Virus record (IMG/VR): IMGVR_UViG_2877794441_000002
Location: 2,912 to 66,911 of that record
Strand: one strand, 5' to 3'
Length of the DNA: 64,000 nt
From: a virus
Taxonomy: Duplodnaviria > Caudoviricetes
Shown here in pieces: positions 48,297 to 57,247 of this stretch (position 1 is its first letter; each line of letters opens with the position of its first letter). The position numbers and the translations under genes were made by a program. The notes under the pieces are model-generated. The model did not search any database and was not told the origin of the DNA. It saw only the letters and a program-made list of their open reading frames with translations.

Positions 48297-48629
48297 ATGG
48301 CCAGACTCACCGAATCCCAGGCCGGAGGTGCGAATGTGCTCCGGTTCCTTGACCTGATCGCCTTTTCAGAGGGCACCTCGACCGTCAAAGGCGGCGATGA
48401 TGGCTACAGCGTGCTGTACGATGGCGGCCAGTTCCAAGGCTATGCCGATCACCAGCACCGCTGTCGGCCGGTACCGGTTGCTCGAGAGTTACGCTTGCGG
48501 CTATGCGATCCTGAACCAGTTTTCGCCGCTCAGGTATTCACCACGCAGGCGCTGAAGGATTGCAGCGCCAGGGTCTCGATTACGTCTAAAGATCCGACTG
48601 AGCCGGTGCCTGAGGCATCTGCGGGCTGA
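48297..48629 (+). pseudogene. Chimeric relic: endolysin N-terminus fused to the 3' part of a 47665 paralogue
   Basis: MARLTESQAGGANVLRFLDLIAF matches 49305; the tail LKDCSARVSIT matches LKDYSAKVSIT of 47665..47886. Confidence 0.85.
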
Positions 48630-48939
48630 AGCTTGGTATTACCATATTGCCGTGCTTGTATTGCTGATAACTGGTGTAGGGCAGCACAACGGTATCAGCA
48701 ATGCCAGACGCTGCCATGTCGATCAGGATTGCGTATGGATCTGAATGTACTCCCGTTCTTTCCGGCCCAGTTAAGTTGCAAAACTGATACGCAACGCCGC
48801 TATACATCCGAGGGATCTCTGGGCAGTAGGAATCCCATTTCGCTAGGTCGTCCACGGCCTTTTCTTCATTAGACACAGTGCGCATCGTCCCGCACCCGCT
48901 CAGTGCTACCGCCAGCGCACATCCTATCCACAACCTCAT
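48586..48939 (-). CDS. YceK/YidQ-family (DUF1375-like) lipoprotein
   Basis: LSGCGTMRT lipobox; YSGV...IDMAASGIADTVVLPYT. Confidence 0.82.
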   Translation of the reverse strand: MRLWIGCALAVALSGCGTMRTVSNEEKAVDDLAKWDSYCPEIPRMYSGVAYQFCNLTGPERTGVHSDPYAILIDMAASGIADTVVLPYTSYQQYKHGNMVIPSFSPQMPQAPAQSDL

Positions 48940-48996
48940 ATCAGCCTCCTGTCTTGCTGACCTCGAAGCCCATCAGTGTGAAGGCTAGAGCAGCCA

Positions 48997-49203
48997 TCAA
49001 CGTCCGTCACGAATGGAATCCACCAGTTTGTTGAGAATGCCTTCTTGGTGCTGGCGGTTGTAACAGCCTGGTTGATTCGGCGGGGTGTCATCGCACGCGA
49101 TCTTGTGAGGACTGGTAGGGCTCCCATAAGAGCTGTTGGAGAAGCGGGAGCATCCGGTAAGGAAGCAAGTCACTATTCCAACTGCAAAAAATCCGTTTTT
49201 CAT
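48997..49203 (-). CDS. Small lipoprotein (CDDTPPNQPGCY)
   Basis: MKNGFF start, LTGC lipobox; paralogue of 47979..48188. Confidence 0.78.
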   Translation of the reverse strand: MKNGFFAVGIVTCFLTGCSRFSNSSYGSPTSPHKIACDDTPPNQPGCYNRQHQEGILNKLVDSIRDGR

Positions 49204-49304
49204 AGCCAGCCTCGTGCATCGGTTAATACAGATTGGACGACTAAGTATCACAGAAGACACATCCATGCCCGCCTCATGCGGGCTTCTTTTTGCCTGGAGA
49301 CAAC

Positions 49305-49793
49305 ATGGCCAGACTCACCGAATCCCAGGCCGGAGGTGCGAACGTCCTCCGGTTTTTGGACCTGATCGCCTTCGCCGAGGGCACCCAAGCCGTGAAAGGT
49401 AGCGACGACGGTTACAACGTTCTGTTCGGCAAAGGCCTGTTTCAGGGGTATGTCGATCACCCTCGCCAGAAGATCGCCCGGCTCTCCAATGGCAAGCCGA
49501 TCACCAGTAGCGCGGCAGGCCGCTACCAGTTTCTTGCCGGAACGTGGGACGAACTGGTGAAGCGCTACGGATTCAAGGGGCGCTTCACGCCAGAGGCGCA
49601 GGACTTGGCAGCCATCAAGCGATTGGGCGAGCGTGGTGCCCTGCAGTTGATCAAGGATGGAAAGATCCGCGAGGCAATAGCCAAGTGCGCCAACGAATGG
49701 GCCAGTTTCCCGGGCAACAATTATGACCAGAATCCCAAAGCCTTGGGCGCGCTGCTGGCTCAGTGGCAGAAGCTCGGAGGGGCGCTCGCATGA
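49305..49793 (+). CDS. Endolysin, lambda R-like transglycosylase
   Basis: FLDLIAFAEGT, SSAAGRYQFL, EWASFPG. Confidence 0.93.
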   Translation: MARLTESQAGGANVLRFLDLIAFAEGTQAVKGSDDGYNVLFGKGLFQGYVDHPRQKIARLSNGKPITSSAAGRYQFLAGTWDELVKRYGFKGRFTPEAQDLAAIKRLGERGALQLIKDGKIREAIAKCANEWASFPGNNYDQNPKALGALLAQWQKLGGALA

Positions 49794-50302
49794 ACTGGCT
49801 CGGCGTGGTACCGGCCTGGTGCTGGTGGCTGATTGCCCTGGTGCTGGTCGCGGGTGGCCAGCAGTATCGAGTGGCGGTGGCTCAGGGCGATACCGAGACG
49901 GCACGCAGCGATCTGGCCGACTACCGGCTCGAGGTATCTGAGCGCGACCGCCGCGCCGCCGCCCAAGTCAGAACCGAAGAACAGCGCCGCCAAGCCGCGG
50001 CGGACAAGGAGGGCGAGAGTGCACGACAGAAACTGGAACTGGCCGAAAGCCGCGCCGCTGATGCTGAGTCTGCTGCTGGCGGGCTGCGCGGGGAAATCGA
50101 ACGACTGCGCGCCGGCCGAGCAGCAACCTGCGGTGCCATCGCTACCCAGCAGCGCCAGGCAGGAACATCTGCCGTCGTGGTGCTCGGGGGATTGCTTGAA
50201 GAGTCTGACCGAATGGCGGGCAGCTGCGCAGCAGCGCTTGAGAGAAGCCGAATAGCCGGCCTAGCGTGCGAGGCTTTGGCCGACCGGATGAAGACACCGT
50301 AG
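49790..50302 (+). CDS. i-spanin (Rz, DUF2514-like)
   Basis: N-terminal TM, coiled coil, RIAGLACE. Confidence 0.85.
   Translation: MNWLGVVPAWCWWLIALVLVAGGQQYRVAVAQGDTETARSDLADYRLEVSERDRRAAAQVRTEEQRRQAAADKEGESARQKLELAESRAADAESAAGGLRGEIERLRAGRAATCGAIATQQRQAGTSAVVVLGGLLEESDRMAGSCAAALERSRIAGLACEALADRMKTP
50019..50255 (+). CDS. o-spanin (Rz1) embedded in the +1 frame of Rz
   Basis: AGGAGG RBS, GTG start, LLLAGC lipobox, Pro-rich, WCSGDC. Confidence 0.75.
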   Translation: MHDRNWNWPKAAPLMLSLLLAGCAGKSNDCAPAEQQPAVPSLPSSARQEHLPSWCSGDCLKSLTEWRAAAQQRLREAE

Positions 50303-50537
50303 TGTCTGGATATGTTCGCTAGAGCGAAATACGGGTTAAAAGGCGGCGATCCCTTCACCCAAAAAAACGAAGCCCTGGATGCTGGTGTCCAGGGCTTCTA
50401 GCTATCTTGGTCCCTATGAATGGCAAGCTAGCGTAGCCAGATCGTACCAGCGTGAGACCCCAGAGTCACTAGTGCTCCTGTTCTAACCACACGCAACGCG
50501 TCCTATACTCTGTCCTTCAACTGCCCAGGGCATCGCA

Positions 50538-50762
50538 ATGGACAAGCGCACCTTCATCGGAATGGTAGAGGCGGGAGAGCCGCTGATTCAGCAAGCCATC
50601 GACGCCATGCGGGAGTATCACCAAGCCCAGGATCGCGGTGCGCCGCCGCAAGAGATCGAGCGGTTGCGCCTATTGGCCGAGTCGCTGTTCCAAGCGGTGT
50701 CCGATTACCAGCTCCGCGTCATCGCAAAGGCTCGGGGAAAGGATTTGCCGCCTCTTCACTGA
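50538..50762 (+). CDS. Hypothetical protein
   Basis: 74-aa helical ORF. Confidence 0.7.
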   Translation: MDKRTFIGMVEAGEPLIQQAIDAMREYHQAQDRGAPPQEIERLRLLAESLFQAVSDYQLRVIAKARGKDLPPLH

Positions 50763-50807
50763 TCCGCTGATCGGCAATTGCCCGCGACCGATCCCGCCTA
50801 TACGATA

Positions 50808-50823
50808 CTGGTTATCTATACAG
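50808..50823. promoter_or_regulatory. LexA SOS box
   Basis: TACTGGTTATCTATACAGTA palindrome upstream of 50836. Confidence 0.8.
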
Positions 50824-50835
50824 TATTGGTGCTCT

Positions 50836-51129
50836 ATGTACTTCCTCCTCGTTCGCCGCCGCGTGAATGGCGTGGCCATCCCTACGAATCAGCTCGGCAA
50901 GATCACACCCATCCGGGCCGACATCCACATCGGCGACCACCACAGTGAGCCGCTGGGCCGGGTATCGACCCAGGCCTGGGTGTTCAACCCTTCGCCTGGG
51001 CCGGACATCATTCCGCGTCTTCACGACGCCAAGGTCAACGGCATGGCCCAGCTCGGCATCAACATCAACGGGGTGGAGGAGGTCGGCGGCGTGCTCTACG
51101 CGCAGTCCTGGTGGTGCAGGGCAGAATGA
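50836..51129 (+). CDS. SOS-linked hypothetical protein (MYFLLVRRR...AQSWWC)
   Basis: ATG 12 nt after the LexA box. Confidence 0.75.
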   Translation: MYFLLVRRRVNGVAIPTNQLGKITPIRADIHIGDHHSEPLGRVSTQAWVFNPSPGPDIIPRLHDAKVNGMAQLGININGVEEVGGVLYAQSWWCRAE

Positions 51130-51431
51130 TGGCCGGGATCCCGAAAGCATGGCTGGATGAGCTAAACGACCAGTTCTCTTTGATAACCGATCCAGACGGC
51201 CGCGCCGCTGTGCTCGATGAGATGGCCTATGCAGCTCACCGCCGGCGTGAAGTGAGTTCGGAGAACCTGGTCGATATGCTCGAGCTTTCCGAGGCCGCTC
51301 GTTACTGGGCGCTGATGGAGTTCGAAGAGGCCTATCACCTCGGCCTGTTCAAGTACGAATCGTGGGAGGGGATGGGGAGTGATGAGCCAGGCCGGATCAT
51401 CGTTGGCAGAACGCCAGGGTGGGGGTGCTGA
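51126..51431 (+). CDS. Hypothetical protein
   Basis: Coupled; paralogue at 63845-64000. Confidence 0.75.
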   Translation: MMAGIPKAWLDELNDQFSLITDPDGRAAVLDEMAYAAHRRREVSSENLVDMLELSEAARYWALMEFEEAYHLGLFKYESWEGMGSDEPGRIIVGRTPGWGC

Positions 51432-51617
51432 CTGTCTAAAACTGTTCGAAAGCTGCTCGGTTTTACTGGGTGAAAGTCGCTGAAACTAGCCGAACTGTAT
51501 TAGACAGGGGCGGTGCACAGGCCGCTTGTGGCGCGGCCTGAGGCCCGAATCTCACGCTACTGCTACATTACTGGAAGCTTTATTCCATCTCGAGCAACGA
51601 GAGAAATACGGACGAGC

Positions 51618-51962
51618 TCACTTTTTGTAATTTACGTAAATTTTAGAGCCTGTCATGAGCTTGCCGATCTCGTAGTCCGGGGACCACGTAGCAATGTTGT
51701 GCGCGGCCATTGCAATACCAGCGCCGGCTGCAATAACGGTTCCCCAGCCTGTCCAGGCAGCTGCTCCCATCGCCGCCACCCGACCGATGGTATAGATGCG
51801 ACACGTCATCCCTTGAGATTCGATCATTTTTTCGAGCTTCTCGACGGCCATTGTGAATTTTGTCGAGTTCGGGCACTCAAGCACGAAGCTTTCACGAGCA
51901 CGGATTTTCATCCCAATGTGTTCGTCAGTTACAGAATCCAAGTCGTAAACATTCACATCCAT
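51618..51962 (-). CDS. Hypothetical moron with Gly/Ala-rich hydrophobic hairpin
   Basis: GGAG RBS before MDVNV; lower GC. Confidence 0.7.
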   Translation of the reverse strand: MDVNVYDLDSVTDEHIGMKIRARESFVLECPNSTKFTMAVEKLEKMIESQGMTCRIYTIGRVAAMGAAAWTGWGTVIAAGAGIAMAAHNIATWSPDYEIGKLMTGSKIYVNYKK

Positions 51963-52319
51963 TGCATCAGCTCCAGAGAAATTGGTCTCAACCGGATGGT
52001 GTCGGCAGAGTGCCATCATTCTTTAGCGGCTGCCTCTAAATCCGCTTCCAAAACGGAAACGGCGACACTTGCAGTCTGGGGCCGCAGTTTGGGGCCTGTA
52101 GCCGCTCCATTTCGTCTTTTCTTTGGAATCGATTTCGCCTCTGGCGCGGCATGGAGCGGGCGCTTGTACTACGGTCTTGAAAACCGCTGACAGGGACTCA
52201 AAATCAGTTCCGCAACTCAAGGCGCATCCCTTGAATTTAAAGGGCTGCAGCCTCGCTAGAAGAGCGCCGATGCGGAATCAAAATTCTCGTAACCTATTGA
52301 AATTGCAGGAAATGCAGCT

Positions 52320-52370
52320 CGGATTGCAAATCCGTCTACGCCGGTTCGATTCCGACCTCGGCCTCCACCA
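52320..52370 (+). repeat. att core: 3' half of tRNA-Cys(GCA)
   Basis: CGGATTGCAAATCCG anticodon arm, GGTTCGATTCC T arm, CTCGGCCTCCA; no 5' half; adjacent to an integrase. Confidence 0.9.
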
Positions 52371-52374
52371 TTCG

Positions 52375-52410
52375 AAAGCCCCGCAGATTAACGTCTGCGG
52401 GGTTTTTCTT
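52375..52410. terminator. Bidirectional terminator
   Basis: CCCCGCAGA-TTAACG-TCTGCGGGG TTTTT. Confidence 0.8.
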
Positions 52411-52430
52411 TGTACGCCAGAAAATGCCGA

Positions 52431-52463
52431 AGTCCCAAAACAAATTGCAACCAGTCCCAAAAC
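52431..52463. repeat. Integrase arm-type sites
   Basis: AGTCCCAAAAC twice, between att core and int. Confidence 0.55.
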
Positions 52464-52467
52464 TTCC

Positions 52468-53517
52468 TCATTTTGAAGGCTTGGCAATGGCCCCGACGCG
52501 CCGGTAAACGCGCTCGGTGATTCCCTCTTTCGAGTGCCCCAGCAGCACGCTCGCATCGCTCAGGTCGTTGATTTCCGAGGCAGCCTTCGGTCGGATATCG
52601 CGGAACTGAAACTGGGCGATTCGGTTGGCGAGGTCTGGCTTTTTCTCGACTTCAGCTTTTACCCTTGCGCTCTCGCGGGCGTCTGCCCACCGGTTGCGTA
52701 ACATTGGCCAACTCATGCGTTTGCCGTGCTCGTTGAGGATGAAGAACGGCGACAGGTGCTCGCTGGTCCTGCGCATGATTCGCTCGAGCAGCTGGCCCAG
52801 ACTGTTCTTCACCCCGTCCACTTCCAAGACGATCCTCAATCTCTTGCCGGTCTTGCCTTGGCTGACCATCAGGTAGATCCCCTCCACATCGTCCTTTCGC
52901 ATGGACAGCACATCTGACGGTCGCTGGCCAGTCAGGTACGCCAGGTCCATCGCATCCTTGAGCTCCGGTGGAGCTTCCTCATATACCGCCTGCCACACCG
53001 TCTCGTTGGCATAGAAGTCGCGCGGCTTTTCCTTGTTCTTCCTCACGCCCAGGCACGGGTTGTCCCTGGTAGTGAGGCCCCATTCCCTTGCTGTGTTGAA
53101 CACATGGGAGAGCAGGGCGATCTCCCTGTTTGCCCTGGTCTTGGCCGACCGCGAATCGCGGTACTGCGCGATCATCGCCGGCGTGATGGCATCGATTGGC
53201 GCCGAGTCGAACACGGTTCGCAGCTGCTTGAGCTCGTAGATGTTGTCCTTTTGGGTTCTGGCGGCCTTGCCCGGGATGATCTTTAGCAAGTACTCGTCGA
53301 AGATTCCCTTCATTGTGGTCAGCTCTTTCGGTACCGACTTGGCCTCCAGTTCCGCCCACTTCAGTTTGGCCTTCACCAAGTCATTGCCGAGGAAAATGTC
53401 CTTGCCTGACTTGTCTCTGTAGTACAGCGCCTCCCACACCTTGCCGTTGGCTTTTTGTCTCTTGCGGCGATACATACCTGGTGGCAGGTCGCGATTCTCG
53501 GTCTTCCGTGGGCGCAT
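52468..53517 (-). CDS. int: Phage integrase (tyrosine recombinase)
   Basis: TGQRPSD, QGKTG, FRDIRPK, LLGHS, VYRR; points toward att. Confidence 0.93.
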   Translation of the reverse strand: MRPRKTENRDLPPGMYRRKRQKANGKVWEALYYRDKSGKDIFLGNDLVKAKLKWAELEAKSVPKELTTMKGIFDEYLLKIIPGKAARTQKDNIYELKQLRTVFDSAPIDAITPAMIAQYRDSRSAKTRANREIALLSHVFNTAREWGLTTRDNPCLGVRKNKEKPRDFYANETVWQAVYEEAPPELKDAMDLAYLTGQRPSDVLSMRKDDVEGIYLMVSQGKTGKRLRIVLEVDGVKNSLGQLLERIMRRTSEHLSPFFILNEHGKRMSWPMLRNRWADARESARVKAEVEKKPDLANRIAQFQFRDIRPKAASEINDLSDASVLLGHSKEGITERVYRRVGAIAKPSK

Positions 53518-53518
53518 T

Positions 53519-53815
53519 TCACTTCACTCGGGAAAAATCAGGGGTCCACGCTGGCGCCGGTGGCGGGGCTGCAGTAACTGGAACGGTGTCGATCACTACG
53601 CCGCTGAGCTTCTGGCGGGCGTATTGGCGGCCTACTAGTGGCCTGCCGCCGCGGCTCTCGACAAAACCGTCCTCCTGCTGGTGAAGCTCGAAGCTGCTAT
53701 CAGCGCTCCGCATGCTGGGCTTGATCTCGCGCCGCGTGACAGTCTTCTGGCCGTTTAGGATGGCGCGGACCATATGCCCGCTGAACAGGATCGGGCGTTC
53801 CTTTGCTTGAGACAT
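53519..53815 (-). pseudogene. Fusion of a KERPILFSG...KTVTRR protein N-terminus to the C-terminal half of a DUF4224-like excisionase
   Basis: Two unrelated motifs joined near 53668; excisionase position directly upstream of int. Confidence 0.65.
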
Positions 53816-53926
53816 AGCTTCGCCTTGGCCGCCATATCGCGGCAGTGAATAGAGGGGAGAGGGGTTATAGCTTCTAGATATTCAATGTATGTTGGCGCGA
53901 ATAATTGAAGGCAAGGCAGGGCGCTG

Positions 53927-54457
53927 ATGAAGGAGTTGTTTTTGTTTCCTAGCACCGAGGAGCTTATGTCCGAATCGGATAGAGGCTCCGTTATAGTTGG
54001 TGCAGCAATTTTAGAAAAGGCGCTTACTCGTATTATTGAGTTTGAATTCAAGAAAAACGGACTCTCTAATAGATATATTGTAAAAGCATTTGACGGGAAC
54101 GGCCCATTAGGAACTCTGTCTTCTCGTATCCAAATCGCTAGAGGATTTGGTCTGATTTCTGATGATGCTTTTAGAGATCTGATGATGGTCAGAAAACTTA
54201 GGAACGAGTTTGCACACTCGGATAGTCACTGTTCGTTTGGTGACGAACTTGTCAGGAAGCAAATTGATTCTCTGAGCTTTTCGAAGGGGGCTCGCTCTCA
54301 GATGATGAACATGCCAGTCTATTCGGCTCTGCTTGCGATGGGGGTGAAAGAGTTGGCCAGGTTCTATAAATATTTGTTCTGTCTGACTGTGAAGGATATC
54401 GAAGTGAGCATTGCATCGACCTGGGGCGACCGAAACAGAACCGAACTTACCCGTTGA
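53927..54457 (+). CDS. MtlR/HEPN-like protein moron
   Basis: ESDRGSVIVGAAILE, GPLGTLSSRI, RKLRNEFAH (RxxxxH); low GC. Confidence 0.75.
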   Translation: MKELFLFPSTEELMSESDRGSVIVGAAILEKALTRIIEFEFKKNGLSNRYIVKAFDGNGPLGTLSSRIQIARGFGLISDDAFRDLMMVRKLRNEFAHSDSHCSFGDELVRKQIDSLSFSKGARSQMMNMPVYSALLAMGVKELARFYKYLFCLTVKDIEVSIASTWGDRNRTELTR

Positions 54458-54531
54458 GATCAGCATTTTTCCACAGAACTGCTGATGGTTATAGTTCCCT
54501 GAGGAGGCGTGCCACAGAGCAATTCCTAGCG

Positions 54532-56475
54532 TCAGGCGGCAGCGGCTTTGTGATTTGAACGTATCCAAGGATCGTTAGCGCGGGCGATGGCGGCCATCGG
54601 GGGCGGGCTGACGCTGTTGCCGCACATGTGCACCTGCTCGGTCTTGGTGAACGGCTTGCCGTCGGCTCCCTTGTCGATGATGTAGCTGGCTGGGAAGCCT
54701 TGGGCCCGGTAGAGCTCGTGCGGCTGCAGCATGCGCAGGCAGATGTCGACGATGACGTACGGGGTGCCCTTCACGAAGACGGTGACCAGGCCTAGGCGGT
54801 CCTTGGTGGTAACCGTCGGCGCTGGGGCGTCGCAGGCGCTGATGTTCTCTGTGCCGTAGTAGCTGATCAGGAATGCCGCGACGCGCAGGGCGCCTTCCTC
54901 GTGCTCTGGCGACAGCTTGTACTCGACCAGGGCGTGATGCTCTGCGCCTGCGGTCATTGTCGGCACCAGGTCATCTACGGGACGGCCTACGCAGTTGCGC
55001 CGGAGCGTGGCTAGGCTGGCGGTCACGAGGCGCTGCTGGCTGCCGGTGTTGGTGACTGTGGTCAGTGGCTCGTCCGCGCCCTTGGCTGGCGTGGTGTTGA
55101 ATCCGCCGTTGGCCTGCTCGATGAAGGCTGTGCACACGCCCATGGCATGGGCCGCACCCGCGGGCCTCTTGTAGTTGCCGCCGCTCGTGATGGTCGGCAC
55201 CGGATCGGTGATGGCTGCACCTTCACTGTTGAACCTGAATTTGACCAGATGCGCCGATGCTAGCGCCCGGTGGCTTTGGGTCATCAGCGTTCCCATGGGC
55301 TGGTCAGCTGCTACTGGCTTACCGGCATACATCGGACCGCCGGCCCCGACCATCACCGGGCTAGCCACCATCAGCTCGCCACGGTTGGCCGCAGTTACCG
55401 TTGGTAGTGGATCGGCCGGGTTGTTCACTCGGTCGGCGCCCTGGTGTGTTGCTGGAAGAATCACCGGGCTTGCCATGGCGAACGATCCGCCGCGCGGCCA
55501 AGAGGTGACGGTGCGGAGCGGTTCGTGGGCTGACTGAGCCAATTCGCCCGACCAGTTCGCGATCGGCACGATGAAGGGCTGCGGGTTGTCCAGTACGAAC
55601 TTCTTCATGCCCTTGGCCACACGGCGCAGCGTTGCTGCTGCCAGCTCCTTCTTGCGGCCAAATATGCTCTTGCTCGGCACGCTCCAGTCGATGCAGTCGG
55701 CGGCGGTGCGCCACTTCTGCTGGCCTTTGGCTGGGTGTTTGGCGTGGGTCGGCTCTGGCCACACGATGGGCTGGCCGTCGCAGCGAGCGATCATGAACAG
55801 GCGCTCGCGGCTGGTGGGTGCGCCGAAGTCGCAGGCCTTGATGACGCGCCACTCAACCTGGTAGCCCATACCTTCGAGCAGGTGCACGAACCGGCGCCAG
55901 GTGATGCCGCGACGTTTCGGGTCGGGGACTAGGAACTGCTGCTGCACCGGCACGCGTTCGCCGATGGCAGCCACGGTGCCGTCCAGCTTCATCACCCGCC
56001 CGGTAGCCTTGTCGCGCTTGGCGATCAGCGGACCCCACTGCAGGATCTGCTTCACGTTCTCCAGGCTGATCACCCGAGGCTTCTTCTTGCCGGCCCACTT
56101 GAGGCCGATCCACGAGAGGTTGCGGATCTCGCGCTTGCGCGGTTGGCCGCCGGCAGCCTGGCTGTGGTGGGTGCAGTCAGGGCTCATGTGGAACCAGCCA
56201 ACCGGCCGCCCCTGGCATTCCTCATCCGGGTCACCCTCGAAAACGTCGGTGGTGAAGTGGCGCGCTGCAGGGTGGTTGGCGGTGTGCATGCTGATGGCCG
56301 CCGGGCTGTGGTTCTTTGCCACCGTCACCGGCCGGCCCAGGCCCATCTCCAGCCCGGTACCGGCGCCGCCGCCACCGCAGAAGAAGTCCACCACGATCTC
56401 ATCGTCTTGCGGATCGAAGCCAAGGCCGTACTGGGTTTTGAAGTCGAGCGGGTTCTTTTTCTGGAATGCAGACAT
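54532..56475 (-). CDS. DNA (cytosine-5) methyltransferase, second copy
   Basis: Same 647-aa length and motifs as 1778..3721. Confidence 0.93.
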   Translation of the reverse strand: MSAFQKKNPLDFKTQYGLGFDPQDDEIVVDFFCGGGGAGTGLEMGLGRPVTVAKNHSPAAISMHTANHPAARHFTTDVFEGDPDEECQGRPVGWFHMSPDCTHHSQAAGGQPRKREIRNLSWIGLKWAGKKKPRVISLENVKQILQWGPLIAKRDKATGRVMKLDGTVAAIGERVPVQQQFLVPDPKRRGITWRRFVHLLEGMGYQVEWRVIKACDFGAPTSRERLFMIARCDGQPIVWPEPTHAKHPAKGQQKWRTAADCIDWSVPSKSIFGRKKELAAATLRRVAKGMKKFVLDNPQPFIVPIANWSGELAQSAHEPLRTVTSWPRGGSFAMASPVILPATHQGADRVNNPADPLPTVTAANRGELMVASPVMVGAGGPMYAGKPVAADQPMGTLMTQSHRALASAHLVKFRFNSEGAAITDPVPTITSGGNYKRPAGAAHAMGVCTAFIEQANGGFNTTPAKGADEPLTTVTNTGSQQRLVTASLATLRRNCVGRPVDDLVPTMTAGAEHHALVEYKLSPEHEEGALRVAAFLISYYGTENISACDAPAPTVTTKDRLGLVTVFVKGTPYVIVDICLRMLQPHELYRAQGFPASYIIDKGADGKPFTKTEQVHMCGNSVSPPPMAAIARANDPWIRSNHKAAAA

Positions 56476-56644
56476 GGGCGGTCCTCGCCGTGCATGCGTG
56501 ATAACTCACGAATTAAGGATGGTGCTAATTCGGCTCGGGTTGGTTTTTAACCGAAGGAGCCTTCGAGATACAGAGAGATTAATGTACAGTTCTGATTTTA
56601 GTTGATGTCTAAAAACTCCTGCGATATTTTGTTATTAAGCAGTC

Positions 56645-57247
56645 ATGGAGAGTTTAAGCATGTTTAGACGTCGGTTGTTGCTATGTTCATTTGCTGTGTT
56701 TGTAGGTGTCGTTCTTGCCATCATGGCCTGTTTCTTGAGTCGTTATTGGGCGGCTGCAGGATTTTTCGTAGCTGGTTTTTCACTGGCAGTTACGATCCTG
56801 CTACATGAGAACTGGTTAAGTCCTAGCTTCTGGCTCGCCCCTCTGCTCACAGCTGCGCTAACGTGCTTTTCAGTGGTTGATGCTATGTCGTCTAGCCATC
56901 TATTCAATCTGAAAGAGGCTGCTGCGCAAGCGGACTTCTTGCATGAACTGATTTGGCTACAGGCCAGCTCTCAATCTTTGACTCAGAAACAGCGTGCGTT
57001 GGTGGGGTCTGCATTTAGGGCATGTGCGATGCAGGGTGCTGAAGATCAGCTAGATCTTGTGGGTAATGCGGGAAAAGCGATTTACTTTGGGCCGGTATTA
57101 ACATTAGCCGATGGTGTTGCCTCTGCTCTGCCTAAAGAGCCTAAGCTACGCTGCCTCGACTACTACCAAGAGCTGAAAAAGACTAGGGCAGAACTTTTCC
57201 CAATTACGGCTGCGCGACATCCCTGGCTAAATGATCAATCTCAATAA
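56645..57247 (+). CDS. Membrane protein moron, copy 2
   Basis: Identical translation to 3891..4493. Confidence 0.75.
   Translation: MESLSMFRRRLLLCSFAVFVGVVLAIMACFLSRYWAAAGFFVAGFSLAVTILLHENWLSPSFWLAPLLTAALTCFSVVDAMSSSHLFNLKEAAAQADFLHELIWLQASSQSLTQKQRALVGSAFRACAMQGAEDQLDLVGNAGKAIYFGPVLTLADGVASALPKEPKLRCLDYYQELKKTRAELFPITAARHPWLNDQSQ

Larger units (their letters stand above)
1..52370. mobile_element. Prophage 1, lambdoid siphovirus (HK97-type head, lambda-type tail); left end outside window
   Basis: Canonical gene order early-left / cI-cro / replication / Q / holin / terminase / head / tail / lysis, ending at a tRNA-Cys 3' fragment. Confidence 0.95.

Noticed and set aside
52290-52370. Complete tRNA-Cys gene
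   Set aside because: The 5' acceptor strand and D arm are absent; only the anticodon-to-CCA half is present, so it is an att duplication
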